A DNA stretch of 58,248 bases, filler included, from Sphacelaria rigidula (GCA_964200075.2; 5 parts of 5 records of this genome joined end to end with filler, not necessarily neighbours in it), one strand, 5' to 3'; positions 25,300 to 38,224 are shown, counted from the whole stretch's first letter. The notes: generated by a model from the sequence alone, not told the origin. Numbers and translations are program-made.

Positions 25300-25430
25300 T
25301 TCACTCTTTGTGCATGTTCCGCCTTCCTGTTTTTCTTTGCTTTCCGTCATCGAGTGTTTGCTTTTTTTCATCTGGGGTATGTCCATCATGTGATCATAGC
25401 TGGATCCCTGGGGATCAGTTGATGTGCGAC
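25300..25430 (+). mobile_element. 3' UTR end fragment of the RTE-like LINE family
   Basis: gggtatgtccatcatgtgatcatagctggatccctggggatcagttga matches the reverse complement of ~28769-28820. Confidence 0.75.
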
Positions 25431-26339
25431 GGTTGTTTCCACTCCGACTCCCCAAATTCACGTTTGAAAAATAGTTGGTTCCAGTCTAGGAAACTATCGT
25501 ATTCCAACATTCGGAGGGCACCGATTTGAAACTCTACCAGCGCACACTTTGCCTTGGACACTGCTTATCCCCCTTGTTCGAGGCTTCTCGGTCTGACTTC
25601 GGTAGGTTTGCCTTTGGGTTTGACGAAACGAAGCATTAACAGTGGATTTGGGTAGCCGGATTAGGGAGTACCCCCTCTATTCTGGAGTAGCAGCCCCGAA
25701 AGTTAGCCTCGGTACGTGTCATGGAAATGTCCGCATTAATCTGTTTGGTTTCACGTGCCGTCGACTTATGCTCTTGCGTGTGAAATACTTTGCGCACGCC
25801 ACCTGCTGCGTGAAATACAGGCAACCAATCGGACGGGTCGGGAGCCGGTTCGTGGACAGATATTGTAGTTCGCTTGGGCTGCCCGCGGAGCGATAACAAA
25901 CGAGAGAGGGAGAGTGAACCGAGGTATGATGGTAGGTCAGTCACGCCAGGCTTGCGTGAGGACTCGTCTGGTCTGAAGGTCTGAAGAATTTACCCTGAAT
26001 GAGCACATACAATTAAAAATTTTGCCGTTACGGCGGGCACCTATGGTGCCTGAACTGCAAAATACGCATGCCACGATCAAATCGCACAGTTTGCACCATG
26101 GTAGGCTATGTCGTGAGTAGTCTATGGTTTAACTTTCATCGTACCACGTCTTGGCCACCCCTAGGCCATGTTCTTGCGATTCTCATGCTACTACTCGGGG
26201 TCGTGTGGATAGTGGCTTGATATCTTCTGTGCTATACTCTTGTTCTGTGGCCTTAACGTACCGTTTATCGTTGTTCAGGGCCCACGTCCGCCTCCTTCCT
26301 CCTCTCTCAGCACGCGAAATGGTATGAGGTGAGGCTCGG

Positions 26340-27620
26340 TTGACTCGTGATTCATGTATATACGAGGCACTAAAGTTGCATCATCACGTTCTGCCTAACC
26401 CCGCATGAAAACAACGACAGATTTGTCAACTTGAAGTGAAATGATAAGGAACTCTGCGCTTCGGTTGGTGCGTGTGGTCACCCTGGGTCAACTATTATTT
26501 ATCCATCGCCCCCGGCTCCTTGGATGAGTCATATCGAGATGGCACACTGATGGCGTGTATTTCGGACAGTGTACACTTATGCTGGAATGCAGCCGCTCTG
26601 GTAACAAGCACTGTGAGCTACATTTACTCAATCATGCACATGTTCACTACAAGTCCTTCCTCGATACCGTCCCTCGTCTGATCATTCCAGTTTCGTCGCG
26701 GCCAGTTGGAGGGTGCTGCTCGTTTCCTTGTGTTGAGCTCCCAGGCTGCGGGATCATCGCTTCGCTGGTCAAGAAATCACTCTCTCCTGCACAGCTCCCT
26801 CTCTAAAGCACGAGAGTAGTTTCCGAAGGGCACTCACTGTCTATAAAACCGCCAGCAGGTCGTGAGATTGTCCAGCAGCACACAAACAGGTATGATGAGG
26901 GATACCGCATGGGCATGCCGCCAACCCATAACACACAACTGTGCCTTTTCGTATGTTCATCATATTGCAGTCTCCGCATGTTGTCCACTTTTTGTTTGAA
27001 ACGTACTGCCTGCCCCGCTTAAAAACCTTGCTCCCGACCTGAGCCGCAACAGCTGGGAACCTTGGACATCACACATCAGTGTCGCTGACGTGTGCACTGT
27101 AGTGCACCGTATGTCAGATCCATACGAAGCTGGCGACTTCGTCGACGGCGGCCCACATCAGAGCTCTGCGTGCGAAGGCTACTACTGTCCTGTCTGATCC
27201 CCTACGCAATAAGGGATTGCCGTCACCCTCCATGAACAGGGTGTACACCGCGACTATTTGATCGAAGTGTAGTCGGTGCAATGACCAACCACTACATCTT
27301 ACATCTCACGACTGTCCTTTCGTTGAAGAGGGTCGATCATAGAGATGATGGTTGTTCTCAGCTCCAATCAAGAGATGCAGCACTTGGCATTTAGTTCGTT
27401 GATCGATTGTCGCATCAAATCAAATACGCCTCTACGACTCCAGCCGTGGCCACAAGAGAGACATACCAAAGGTATGTCAAAATTTACTCGCCGAAGGAAA
27501 CTTACGAGAGGAGAAAGTCCATCTAGGTGCATCCCTGGCATTTTGGTCTCAACGGGGAACACGGTCCAGCGCGCGTCGGTCGTCACCTCCAACCCGCCGA
27601 ATCCGGTACTTGTCTGATCC
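26340..27620 (-). pseudogene. Degenerate ISL2EU/Harbinger-like transposase (HTH plus DDE remnants)
   Basis: TGFGGLEV...LVSFLRRVNFDIPLVCLSCGHGWSRRGVFDLMRQSINEL fits the HTH of DDE_Tnp_4-type transposases. It is followed in order by LMCD, RRLQYDEHTKRHSCVLWVG/ACPCG, MDK and QVDKSVVV, with many stops and frameshifts. Confidence 0.5.
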
Positions 27621-28757
27621 GCATGGATCCGTTTCTTTGCTGGTTGAGCTTGATTCCCCGAACACAACCGTGGCATGCCTGGCGTCCGTCGGGGACAGAG
27701 GAGTATGGAGTCTACACGAGAAAAAGGCACTCTGGATCGGCCGTGTTTGGTATTTCTACCGCCCGCCAGAACGGTCAACGTTGGGTCGCTCTCTATCCGT
27801 GAAGCAGCCATTGCCCCAGGTCCGCAACTATGCATTCGCTCAGACGATTTCCCCAAGTTACCGTCTTGGCTCCCGTGCACGATTTACAAGAACCACCGAA
27901 GAATACCTTCACTGAAGATGATGCCGTCGCACACATCTCACATGGCGAACAAGACCCAACAGTGTAAAGGTGCCTCAATACATTGATGAAGTCGCACACA
28001 GCGATCAGGATTCTCCAACAGGCACCGTCGCCTCCGAGTGCCCGCGTAGGCATGTCACGAGCTCGCCGCACTCAGCATGCCCACGACGCTGAAATAACCA
28101 CATGACCGGTGGGATCTCTGCAGCACACGTGGAATAGTTATCGATGCGACAAGTGAGCATTCGCCATTTTACTTGGTATCATCCCGACTTGAAAATGTTT
28201 TATGTGTAGTTGGGTTGATATGATTTGTGTAGACTTCTTCACAAATAGCAAAGGTTTAGGTCCAGGTCCAAAGGCAAAGTCGATCCTGTACAGTAGCGAC
28301 ACACTTGCGGAAGCATTGTCGTGAGCTGTAGTGAGGGGCACGTTAGGACCAGGTGATGCAGGAGGACATTTCGGCACGGATGCGTGTGAGATCACGTGGT
28401 GTTGCAGTGCACACTCTTTAGTCGGTCGTTGCAGTATGGGGGTGTACATGAGCCGGGAAGTCGTGGGTTCGAATGCGAACGCGCACGTTTCGTAGCTAGA
28501 ATTACCTGCGTCGTTGAAAGCTTGATGGCCCAACCAGACACAGTAGCAAACAAGGCCAATTTTTGACGAGGGTCGACGCGGTGCGGGCGTGGTGATCCAG
28601 TCCGCGATACCAATATGCGAGGCAAGCTACTTACGGAGGGGCTCTTATATTTGCTGGTTCATTCGAGGGCCTGTCCCGTGAAAAGTGTTGAATGTGTCGA
28701 AACTTCGAATCTAGGCAGCACTTCGGTAGGAAGAGTGCCGCAGAGTTGTGTGAACGA

Positions 28758-31700
28758 TTAATTGATTGTCAACTGACCCTCCAGGGATCCAGCCGTGGTC
28801 ACATGATGGATGTACCCTAGACCAAACATAACTGGAACACTCGCCGAAGAAGAAGAAAGAAAAAGACAAGTAGAACAGAACGTGGTGGACGGAGACAAGA
28901 GAAGAGAAGGCAACTCACAGCAAAGAAAGGAATGGCCGGCCTCGGCCACATGGTTTCGGCAGGAAAGGTCCCTTGCGCAGAACCACACTCATACCCAGTC
29001 GAGGAAAGTAAAAGGCCGTGGACAAGGAAAATATTGCGGCTCATCTACTACAAACGTCCTATTTAGGAGAGTACCCTCGAATCTACGAAGAAACACAGTG
29101 AAGCGAGGTGCCGCACTGCTCTGCGATACACCGGCAGGAAACATCACACGATCCGAGGAAAGGATGTAGGTGAGGGAGAAGGAAACTACGAAAGTGAAGC
29201 CCAAAGAATTCAGGACAGCACAGTAGATACAGGGCAAAGGGCACATTCGACCACTGATGCGAGCTGACAGGATTCTTCGATTGGTGGTCCTCGATGCAAC
29301 ACCTCTCGTTTGTGACGGCGGTCCGATTCTCGTTTGTCCGCGCCTCGCCACGTTTGCTCAAACTCTTCCGCTCCTCTTTCGACTCCAACATGCCATTTGC
29401 CCATGTTCTTCGACGGAGTGACCCGAACAGCCCGTATTGCACGTAAGTCCTCGTGGAGGTGATCCTCCCATTGCCTGGCAGGGTCGCCCGCCTTGGGCCC
29501 TCGTGCGGTTTACCGTCCGTTTATCGTGATGCGTTTAGGGAGGCGTGTCTGCTTCTGCTGGACAAGGGCTCCCGCGAACCAGAGTTGACGTTGGCGGCTA
29601 GCCGTCTTGATGCGATCGCAGTTGGTCATCTCGAGCACTGCTCTGTACGAGAGAATCTAATAGCTATTTCGATCTTCCCCATTGATGGACGGTCCGCAGA
29701 CTGTCGAAGTCCTCAAAACTTAACGTCCACATTACACATCCATACAAGAGAGTTTCTACCACATCCGCTTGAAGCAGCCGGAACTTCAAGGATAGCTGAG
29801 CGTTTGGTCGATCGTAGAGTTGGGAGCTATATTCTCGGGTACGCGTCCACGTCGCGCTGATACGGCGGTCGATTTCGATGGATATTTTCGCATCTACGCT
29901 GATAGCACCACCAAGGTAGACGTACTTCCCCGTCTGCTTATACCGTTGACCGTGAGCTTTGATGTTGAGGGCGGCCTCCGTGGGACTGGGTACTGACCAA
30001 AGGCGCATGGACTTTGTCTTACTCTCGGAGACCGTCAGGCCGAATACCTGGTAGGTCACCACTATCACGGCCATCATTCGCGCAAGGCCTTCTGAGGTCC
30101 TCGAGACTGTGCCGGCGTCGTCCGCATAAAGTATTGCCCACACCGCGTGTCGCACCTTTTCCAGCGGTGTCTCTTCCAGGAGTTCATCACCGCCACCTTT
30201 TGGCGCATCATCTAGAAAAACCAAGTCTGGGACGATGACTGGGTCCGCCGCGAACCGCTGAACGATCATGTCGGCCAAGGCTGCTCTGAAGATGTTGAAC
30301 AACAGCGGGGACGAAACGCAACCTTGCCTGAGTCCCTGGCAGACGTGGAACCACATTGATAGTTCGCCATTATCTAGCTGAACCCGAGCTCGCATGCCGT
30401 CGTGAAATATACGGATGGTCGTTGTCACCCGCAGCGGGACTCCGAACCGAGCAAGCACTTCCCACAGAAGCGTGCGGTCTACAGAAGCGTACGGTCTACA
30501 GAAGCGTGCGGTCTGCAGATCAATGAAGCACATGTTTAGTGGGACGTTACTCGCCCGTCCCAACTCCTGAAGTTGGCGTACAACGAACATCATGCCTATG
30601 GCCGATCGTTAGCGCCTATCCACACTGCTCTTCCGGGAAGACATCTGTTTCCTCACAGAAACTGCCGAGTCTGTTGGGTACGTTATGGAGGTGAACCTGA
30701 GCAGCATATGCCACAAGTGAAATGCCTCTGTAGTTACCACATTCGGTTTTATCTTTTTTTTGTGCAGCACTTGAGCGTGACATCTTTCCATTCTTGCGGC
30801 ACCTCGCCAGATATCCAAACAGCAGAGATGATGCTGTGGAAGTGGTACAAAATCTCCGACGCCTCCCCGTTCAGTCCAAGCTTCAGAATTTCAGCAGGAA
30901 TACCACCCGGACCCGTTGCTTTGCCGTTCGACGTACAACACTGAGCGCCTGAAATATTCATTGCTCCGGATTTTTTTCTGGAGCCTACTCTTCGATAGAA
31001 CTCGAAAGTGCTAGCGTCGGTAGATGCTGGTACAAAAAACAGGCTGTCTTCCCCCCCCCCCAGTGCCCAAGTTAGTGTTACTTGGTGTTGACGGGCGATA
31101 CGAGGAGATACCCCGTTTACCATGAGGGTGTTATGGCCGTGATTCACAGTTATTCGGCTCTAGTGCAATGAGTAGGCAGAATTAAAAGAACAAAAACGTG
31201 TACATTTCTTCACAAATACGATCGGGACAGGCTCGATCGACCGACAATACAGAAGAGTCGGAATCTGGGGTGAAATGTGGCAGGACCCCCGGTGACCTAT
31301 CACCCCGTAAGTCACTCAACATTGAGTACATATGTTTTTTTCTCTGGAATGCGGAGCGGATACAAGTATCTCTTAGATCCCCAATGTGATGGACGGTGGC
31401 GAGCGAAAAAACGTATCAAAACCGTCAATTGCGAAGAAATTGCCAATATGAACAGTTCAGGCGCCCAGTACTGTAGCTCTCAGAGCCTCCTCATTTTCAC
31501 TTCATTTTCACTTGGGCTTGGCGGGTCTCTCAGTGACAGCGCTATCGGTCGTTGTGCAATCTTCTCGATGACGGTTCGGTCGATAGTTGCCGGTATGGCG
31601 TTCAGCAATGTGAAGAACTACCGTTTCCATCTCTCACTGATCAAACCCGTCCCGTAGTATATTGCCGCCCTCATCTCGAATGTACTGCTCACTCTCGATC

Positions 31701-33650
31701 TGTCTTCGAGACAGTCTCCACCCTCTGTTGATATGTCTGTACCATCCTCTCATGTCCCCTGCTCGAGTATACTCATCGAAATCTATAGAGTACACATCCA
31801 TATATTTGTCCACCCCAACTTGGATCACCTCTTTCACCCTTTTGCACTCTCGTAGTGTGCGCCATGCAAGTTTATCTCGTGATGGTCCCAGTCGCGCCGT
31901 TGATCTCGCTCTTTCCCTCTCATTCCAGGCTTGTTCGAACTTCGTTCGGATGGCATCATCCTCGAACCACCCCGGTATACGTGGCTTCGGGTAAGACAGG
32001 GTGCCACCTTTTCAGCGGCACTCAAGAGTACGTCGGCAAAGTTCATAGCCTGCAAACTATCTGTATCGCCAATTATACTCTGTATGCTCGCTGATGATGA
32101 GCTGAGTGAGATGCTCACGTCTGTCGGGGTCAGATATTATTGCCCGTCTGTCAATCGGTGTACGCACAATTGGGATTCATGTAGGTATATTGTGTGCGAA
32201 GCGACCAAGGAGCTGCACTGAGGCGCACACGATGTTGTGGTCAGAGTCCGGCGAGTTGGGGGGTTGAAGGTGGACAGTGACATGGCCAACAACCCTGCGG
32301 TGATCTTGCCGTGCGAGGATGTAATCAACGCGTTTTTTGTCCGCGGGGCGATTTGCAATGCCGTTGAGCGTACGCTAGGTGCTTTCCTTGGGGGTGAAAA
32401 AGAAGGTGTTGACCAGGGCAAGCCTGTTGTCCCCTGCAAATTGCAGTAGAGAGGTGCCGTTACTGTCGTTGGATCGGGAGTCCCGGCCGTATGCCCCCAC
32501 AACTTTACATTCCTCGACGCCTATTCGTACCCCAGTTCTCGCGTTAGCGTCCATTCAAATTAACAGGTGACGTTTGTGGGGAATACGGTTCACAATGCTG
32601 TCTAATTCAGTCCAGAACACACCTCTTTCTTCTCTTGACCGTGGAATGTAGGAGCATATGCAACTACAAACGTTGCAGCGTTTGATTAACCTGCGAGGTT
32701 GAAAGTAATGGACGCGAGGCGTTCGCTGATGAGTGTCTGAATCCACGTCGCCTCGCTGGTGATCGACTCCTTGGCCGCCACCCCAACCCCATGTTGTCCA
32801 GTCCTTACCTTGCTCCCCTCCGCCCCGCAACGGAAGACACGATATCCCGCCGCACAAAATTCGGTTCGACCTGGTCTCGTCGTTTCCTGTAGTCCGATGA
32901 CGTCATATCCGACTTCCTGACATTTTTGCCGGACCACCTCAGCATGGCCAACTCCGTTCTTCCCCGTGAGGGACAATGTACGGACGTTATAGGTCGCCAC
33001 TTTGAGCTCCCCAGTATGCGACCTAGCTTTAGCCTTCTCAATATTCACGCGTATTTTCTCTTTGCTCTGCTCTCCTTCTTGGTCTGTTTCGCCTTCTGAT
33101 TTTACGGGCGACATTTTTCTTTGTTTCGTTTTTTCTTTGGCACGTCTGTCGCGGTACTTGCCTTGCTTGTTTGTCACGTGGTGAGGGTGCAGCCTTCCCA
33201 TCCCGCGTCAACCGCTATCTCCAGTCCGCCAAATCTGGTACTTACTGACACGTGCCTCATCTCCATCATACGGGGTAAGTGTTGGGTTGGGTTTCCTCCT
33301 TCCATCAAGGAAAAAAAAAATAACTCCATCAACGTGCTTCCCGTGACAGTGTCCCAACGCCGGGTAAAACGCTGCAGCTGCGGGATTCAATTTGGTTCTC
33401 AATCGAGGGTAGAACTTCGAAGCTGCAGGATTGAGTCTGGAGGTCAGCACTGCCTGCATGACCCACCACCTAGACTGTGTGTTGCATCACCGTTGACACG
33501 AAACACAGGCAAGCCAGTAGGTCAAGTTACCGTCCCCTACTTATTGATTGTGTTGTCGGTGGGGTTAGCCTACCCCGACACGACTAACCCCGATCGGGTG
33601 GCGGTCGGGGTGACGAATTCAATCCTGGTATCTGCAGAGATGGGGTTTTC
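28758..33650 (-). mobile_element. Near full-length, decayed RTE-like non-LTR retrotransposon (5' leader, N-terminal peptide, APE endonuclease, reverse transcriptase, 3' UTR)
   Basis: APE motifs VATYNVRTL and IGLQET (~32880-33000). RT motifs NGKATGP..IPAE.LK, CFIDLQ, GLRQGCVSSPLLFNI, LYADD and YLG (29664-30930). Short caatcaat-type tail. Multiple stops and frameshifts. Confidence 0.93.
30936..31473. mobile_element. Tc1/mariner(pogo)-type MITE inserted in the LINE
   Basis: TIRs caacactgagcgcctgaaatattca and (revcomp) cagtactgggcgcctgaactgttca, flanked by TA on both sides. Removing it restores the LINE peptide EALRATSNGKATGP. Confidence 0.88.
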
Positions 33651-34910
33651 CCCAGAATAGTACACGGTGTAATACAGTTGAGTACAGCACCGAGCGTTAC
33701 GTAGGTTTCTTTACCTGACTTCGCCGTCAACCCTGTTGATTAAGTTGCTGAAACCACAATGCCAATCCGTGGCTATTGCACTCCCAAACGGTATACCAGT
33801 GAGTAGTTGGTGACCCCAGGCATACGCACACCTGTAGTTTGCTGTGCTTCATCACCGTAACACGCCTCATCTACCAATCTGCCGGGTGCTGCTCGCGTAG
33901 GTGGGCGGAGCCAACCCAGCGGACACACAGGTGGTACAGTTGCGGATAGTACCGATTATTTTTCTGTCTCTACCGAGTGTTGCGAACAAGATGTCGTCAC
34001 CATAGTAGTGTTAGTGGATGCTCTGCAAGGGGGGTTGTACTCGTATGGTAGCGAAAAATACCTCCGAGTACAGTAGTACTCGACAAGGGGCGGGGTTGGG
34101 AGCGTAGTGTATTCGACTGTAGTGTCTTCAGGCGGGGCTTAGTGCATGAATTTTGAGCATTTGTTGAGATTGATAGCACATGATGTACTATTGTGCTCTA
34201 CTATGAGAGTGTACGATGCTCACGGTGATTACAAATCAACTTAAACCCCGTTAGTTCAGGCGGCGGCGTGAAGTGTAGCTGTATATGAGCTCAATCTGCC
34301 ATCAATATTTCTCCTCATTCTGTGTGTCGGGGCGGGGGGGGAAGGGGGGGTGAGAATAGCTCGGGGTGATTCGTTGCGCAATTGATTCGCGTCTTTTGTT
34401 GTCCTAGACGCAGTAGCAGCTGTCGTATTCGACCTTTTCCGAGCGCGAGGTGCCGTTGATGCGTGTTGGCGGTACCCTCGGATCATTAACGGCCAAGCCA
34501 CCAGTATCAGCAATTGATTTTCACCGCTTCACCTCGAGTCGAGCACACGATATTATCGCTGCAGCGGGACGAGGCGTTCGCGCATGTTTTTGCTGCCGAT
34601 GTGGTGGTGCAATTAGTGTGCCATTCGATATTTCCGTCTGACCAACGCTTGTGGCAGGCTACCTCCACTTTGAAGTAGTTCTTGCAAAAACTGTACTAGA
34701 ATGGACTCCGGTGGGTGGGATCGAGTCGTGTGTCCATTCCTTCTCCTCTTCGAATTAACTACAACAACTGCTACGAGTCACCAAAACCGTTCGGGGGCGA
34801 AATATCATGACCCGCAGCAAAAATAAAAATAAAAGAGCAATGGACTAGGAAAGGTATACCTTCTCGTTTTTTGCCCAAGAAAGGTACGAAAAATGACCAA
34901 AAACGCGAAA

Positions 34911-35010
34911 NNNNNNNNNNNNNNNNNNNNNNNNNNNNNNNNNNNNNNNNNNNNTTAATTAATTAANNNNNNNNNNNNNNNNNNNNNNNNNNNNNNNNNN
35001 NNNNNNNNNN
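34911..35010. other. Artificial scaffold spacer
   Basis: N44-TTAATTAATTAA-N44. Confidence 0.98.
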
Positions 35011-37564
35011 TTTTTTCAACCCCATTTTCGAAAATCGGCTGTTAAAAGGTGAGCGGTTTCTGGAGACATGTCCGTTTTCGCGTGCCCATATCTCTCGAGT
35101 AACATGCTTTTTCTCCGGGTTTTTTTCGAGTCCTGGGTACCAATGCCCCCCCCGAATGAGTGCGTGAAATATCCGGAGCGAAAACGGTCAAAATGGTGTA
35201 GCTGTTTTCGCGTTTCTGGGCATTTTTTGTACCTTTCTTAGGCAAAAAACGAAAAGGTATACTTTTTTTAGGCCATTGCCCTTTTGTAGACGTTTTCCTA
35301 CTACAATATATGTCAAATGACATAAGATCGGGAGGTGCTTCCGTGCTGAATATCCTTATTTGATTTGTAGACCGGGTATAATTTTATTTCTTCAACGTAC
35401 AGCTGTCACGCACACAACACAACACAGCACTATCACTACATAACACGCCTCGCGTGCCCGCCACCCGGGATAGCAGCTCTAGCGGCGGTTTGGCCGGGGA
35501 TTAGGCTGGCAGCGAGGAGCGGCTGGTGATCCTACTGTGGATGTGGACCCCACGAACGAAGCAATATGTCTTACCGTACGCAGATAGATCAGACAGTAGT
35601 GTGCTGTCTGTACTGCACGTTATTCGAAAGTGTTTCACATCCATCTGTTAGGTCTGCGCATCGCTCAAAAACACACGGCAAAGACAATAAAAAACGTGTT
35701 CCGGCTCTTCCTCACAGAAAAATCGAGCAAGCCAGTTAGGGACAGAGGATCCGTCCGGTCGGTCCGAAGAGAATCCCAGAAGGCCTTCTGCGCGCATGAC
35801 ATACACTCGATGCCGTTTTGCGTACGATTTTAATTCCTGTACATAATCAATTTCTCAAGTGAAATGTTTTACCGAAGCAAACGGATGACCCACCCTGGGG
35901 GTGAAGGATCAATCGACGAAGGCCAGCGAAATCGCACAGTACAGTACAGTCAAGTACAGTTGAGAATAGTGCTGTCTTCTGCCCCCCCCCCTCCCCCCCC
36001 GCGCGTGCGCGATGCGTTTCTTCCCTTCGTCTAAGGGTATCACTAAGGATCAGATTACACCAAAAGATTACACCGAACCTCTGGAAAGCGTGACCTCTTC
36101 CTGTTGCCAGCCCTAAAATTGAAGCCTTCGCCCACCAGGGTGAATCATCTTGGTGATGCACGATAGGGTGTTGCCTATACAGACAGTACAAATAGACTCG
36201 CCCATGACCAGAGCCATCTTTGAACAGCGTGCCTGTTGGTGTGTGCTCCCGAGACAAGCATCGAGGTGTGCACCGCGGCACTCGCGTTTTATTGATCGTA
36301 AGTGGTGAGCACGGCACGCGGGATACGGCGTCTACAGTAGCTCTGATGATCGACACGCGGCGTTCGGCCTCGTCATTTGCACCACCTCGGCTCTTCTGAG
36401 GTGTTGAAATTGGGAATTTGGCCCTGACATTTTCACGAACGAGGTTCACCGGAAACAATGAAAAAGTAGTTGCCAGAAATGGTCGAAGGGGTGCGAAATT
36501 CTTCAAGCGGATACTGGAGTTTCGGGATACTTGACACGGTTTCTTACCCCAAGACAGGGCGTATCGCCACCACCCGCCTTGGGCACCAAGCATTACCATA
36601 TCGAGAAGAGACCAGCCAACTTTTCCAACTCGCCACAAGTGTCCTGTACCATCGGAGGTCTTTAGGTGTCACTGTTGGCGCATTTGCCAAAAATTCAACT
36701 GAAAATGGAAAAAGGCGAAGACGATGTGGACACTACCACAAATATCACAAACGCACCACAGCTTTTCACGGTTTGTTTGATTTGTGTCAAGTCAAAGCTC
36801 GGGAGTGGAGGTAGTCGGAAAAGTGGTCCAGGCTTCTCTCGGTGCGTGATCAATTGTGTCAAAGACAAATGGCGCCGATATGGACTGATCGTGGCGGACG
36901 AAAACAGCGTCGAATGTCCGAAAACTCAAATCTGTCCTGTTGAACTTCGTATCTCCGCAGCGGCGTGGACGAGAGAATGCGCCTCGAGCATGCGTGAGAT
37001 CATGGACGATGGCGATATACTGGTCGAGGGAATATTTCTTGAAGCTGGGAATTCGACGCAACTGTTTCACGGTGCTGTGTAACAGTGTGAGGGAACCCCC
37101 AGCCTTCCTATTATCCCCCCCTTGTCATTTTATCATCGGGTCAGCAAGATGACAGGCAGGGTTGAGATTGAGTTGGTGTGTGTCTGCTGTAAATGTGTCG
37201 TACTTATGATTACAGTTTGCATAGACGGTCGTACACCCCACGAAAGTAGAACTTCCGCGGTGAACCTTGCATCGTCGATTTTACACAGCAGACCCCGTTT
37301 TTCGTTTACGAACGAATGGAGTAAAGGATAGCGTGCGGATTTTTCAGAAGCGGATGGAGTTCTCAGTCCATGTTTCCACTCGATGGTGTTCCTTGTGCTC
37401 ACCTCACCATTGACGCTTGACTCAAAACGAGTATGCAGGTGGCAGACGACAAACTGCAGTGTTCACTGTCCAGCTGTTTCGGCTGCTGAAGTACTCCTTT
37501 GAAAAAGTTGACTGCTGTACCCGTGTATACGTTGTTCCTTCGCCACGGTTGTAAGCAAACAGCG

Positions 37565-37962
37565 TCCCTAGTCCTTTGGCTACATGTGTGAAGCGAGCAT
37601 TCTATTCGCGCGCACCATACGTTTCTGCGGAATGATTGCTACAGCAACCGCCAAGTGTTTAGTTACGGGTGCTCAATCGACCATCCTGAATCGTTCGAGA
37701 GGTGCCGCTCCCATACCCTGAGGAGAAACCAAGATGTTAGCGAGGTTGGGCCAATTGTTTTTATCCTGGTCCTTTGGTCACGTGCAATGGGCGAGCATTC
37801 TATGCGCGCGGACCATACGTTTGTACAGAAGGATTGCTCCTGAAGCCTTGGGATGTGTTGTAGCGGATGCTGAAACAACCCTTGTCGATCCTGAGCTGTA
37901 CGAGAGGTACTACTCCCTTAACCTGAAGAGCAACCAGGATGCTGGACGGGTGGGACCAAGTA
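37565..37962. repeat. Diverged tandem duplication of ~200 bp
   Basis: Both units contain gtcctttgg...gcgagcattctat.cgcgcg.accatacgttt...cgagaggt...ctccc...cctga...aacca.gatg. Confidence 0.8.
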
Positions 37963-38224
37963 TTTTGTACGCATGTATATTTTTTATCGACAGCACAGGA
38001 TGTGAATGTCCGGTGGAGACTGCGTCTGTACGCGTATCGCAAGGGTTTATGCCGCCGGGCATGACTACCATCATGGTGGAAGGCGGGGCAGTGCTCCGAT
38101 TATCTGACAGACATGATGCTTCATATTTTGCAAGACCGTTCACTGCACTCAGCTGCCGATTCCCCCTGGATCTCACCATTCCTGCCATCACTACCGTTTA
38201 TCGTTCGCCACTTTAAAACAACAG

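Noticed and set aside
33459-33612. HDV-like or hammerhead ribozyme at the LINE 5' end
   Set aside because: No P3/L3 between the candidate P2 and P1' strands and no CUGANGA...GAAA core; kept only as a structured leader.
34845-35275. Inverted repeat spanning the spacer at 34911-35010
   Set aside because: The arms lie on different scaffolds. Both simply break in the same repeat family, which also resembles ~8220-8340.
35847-37082. Host gene or KDZ/CxC-type transposase from the 263-aa and 138-aa ORFs
   Set aside because: Only a faint resemblance (HTPTGTLF...HG..Y) with no consistent motif order or splice structure; cannot be supported without a search.
37734-37904. Upstream exon of the oxygenase gene (…DPELYER|YEEGG)
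   Set aside because: It is phase-compatible but lies in a degenerate tandem duplication and lacks the expected LYKLL.Y motif. A similar weak candidate (VQLFRLLK at ~37470-37490) is also unsupported.
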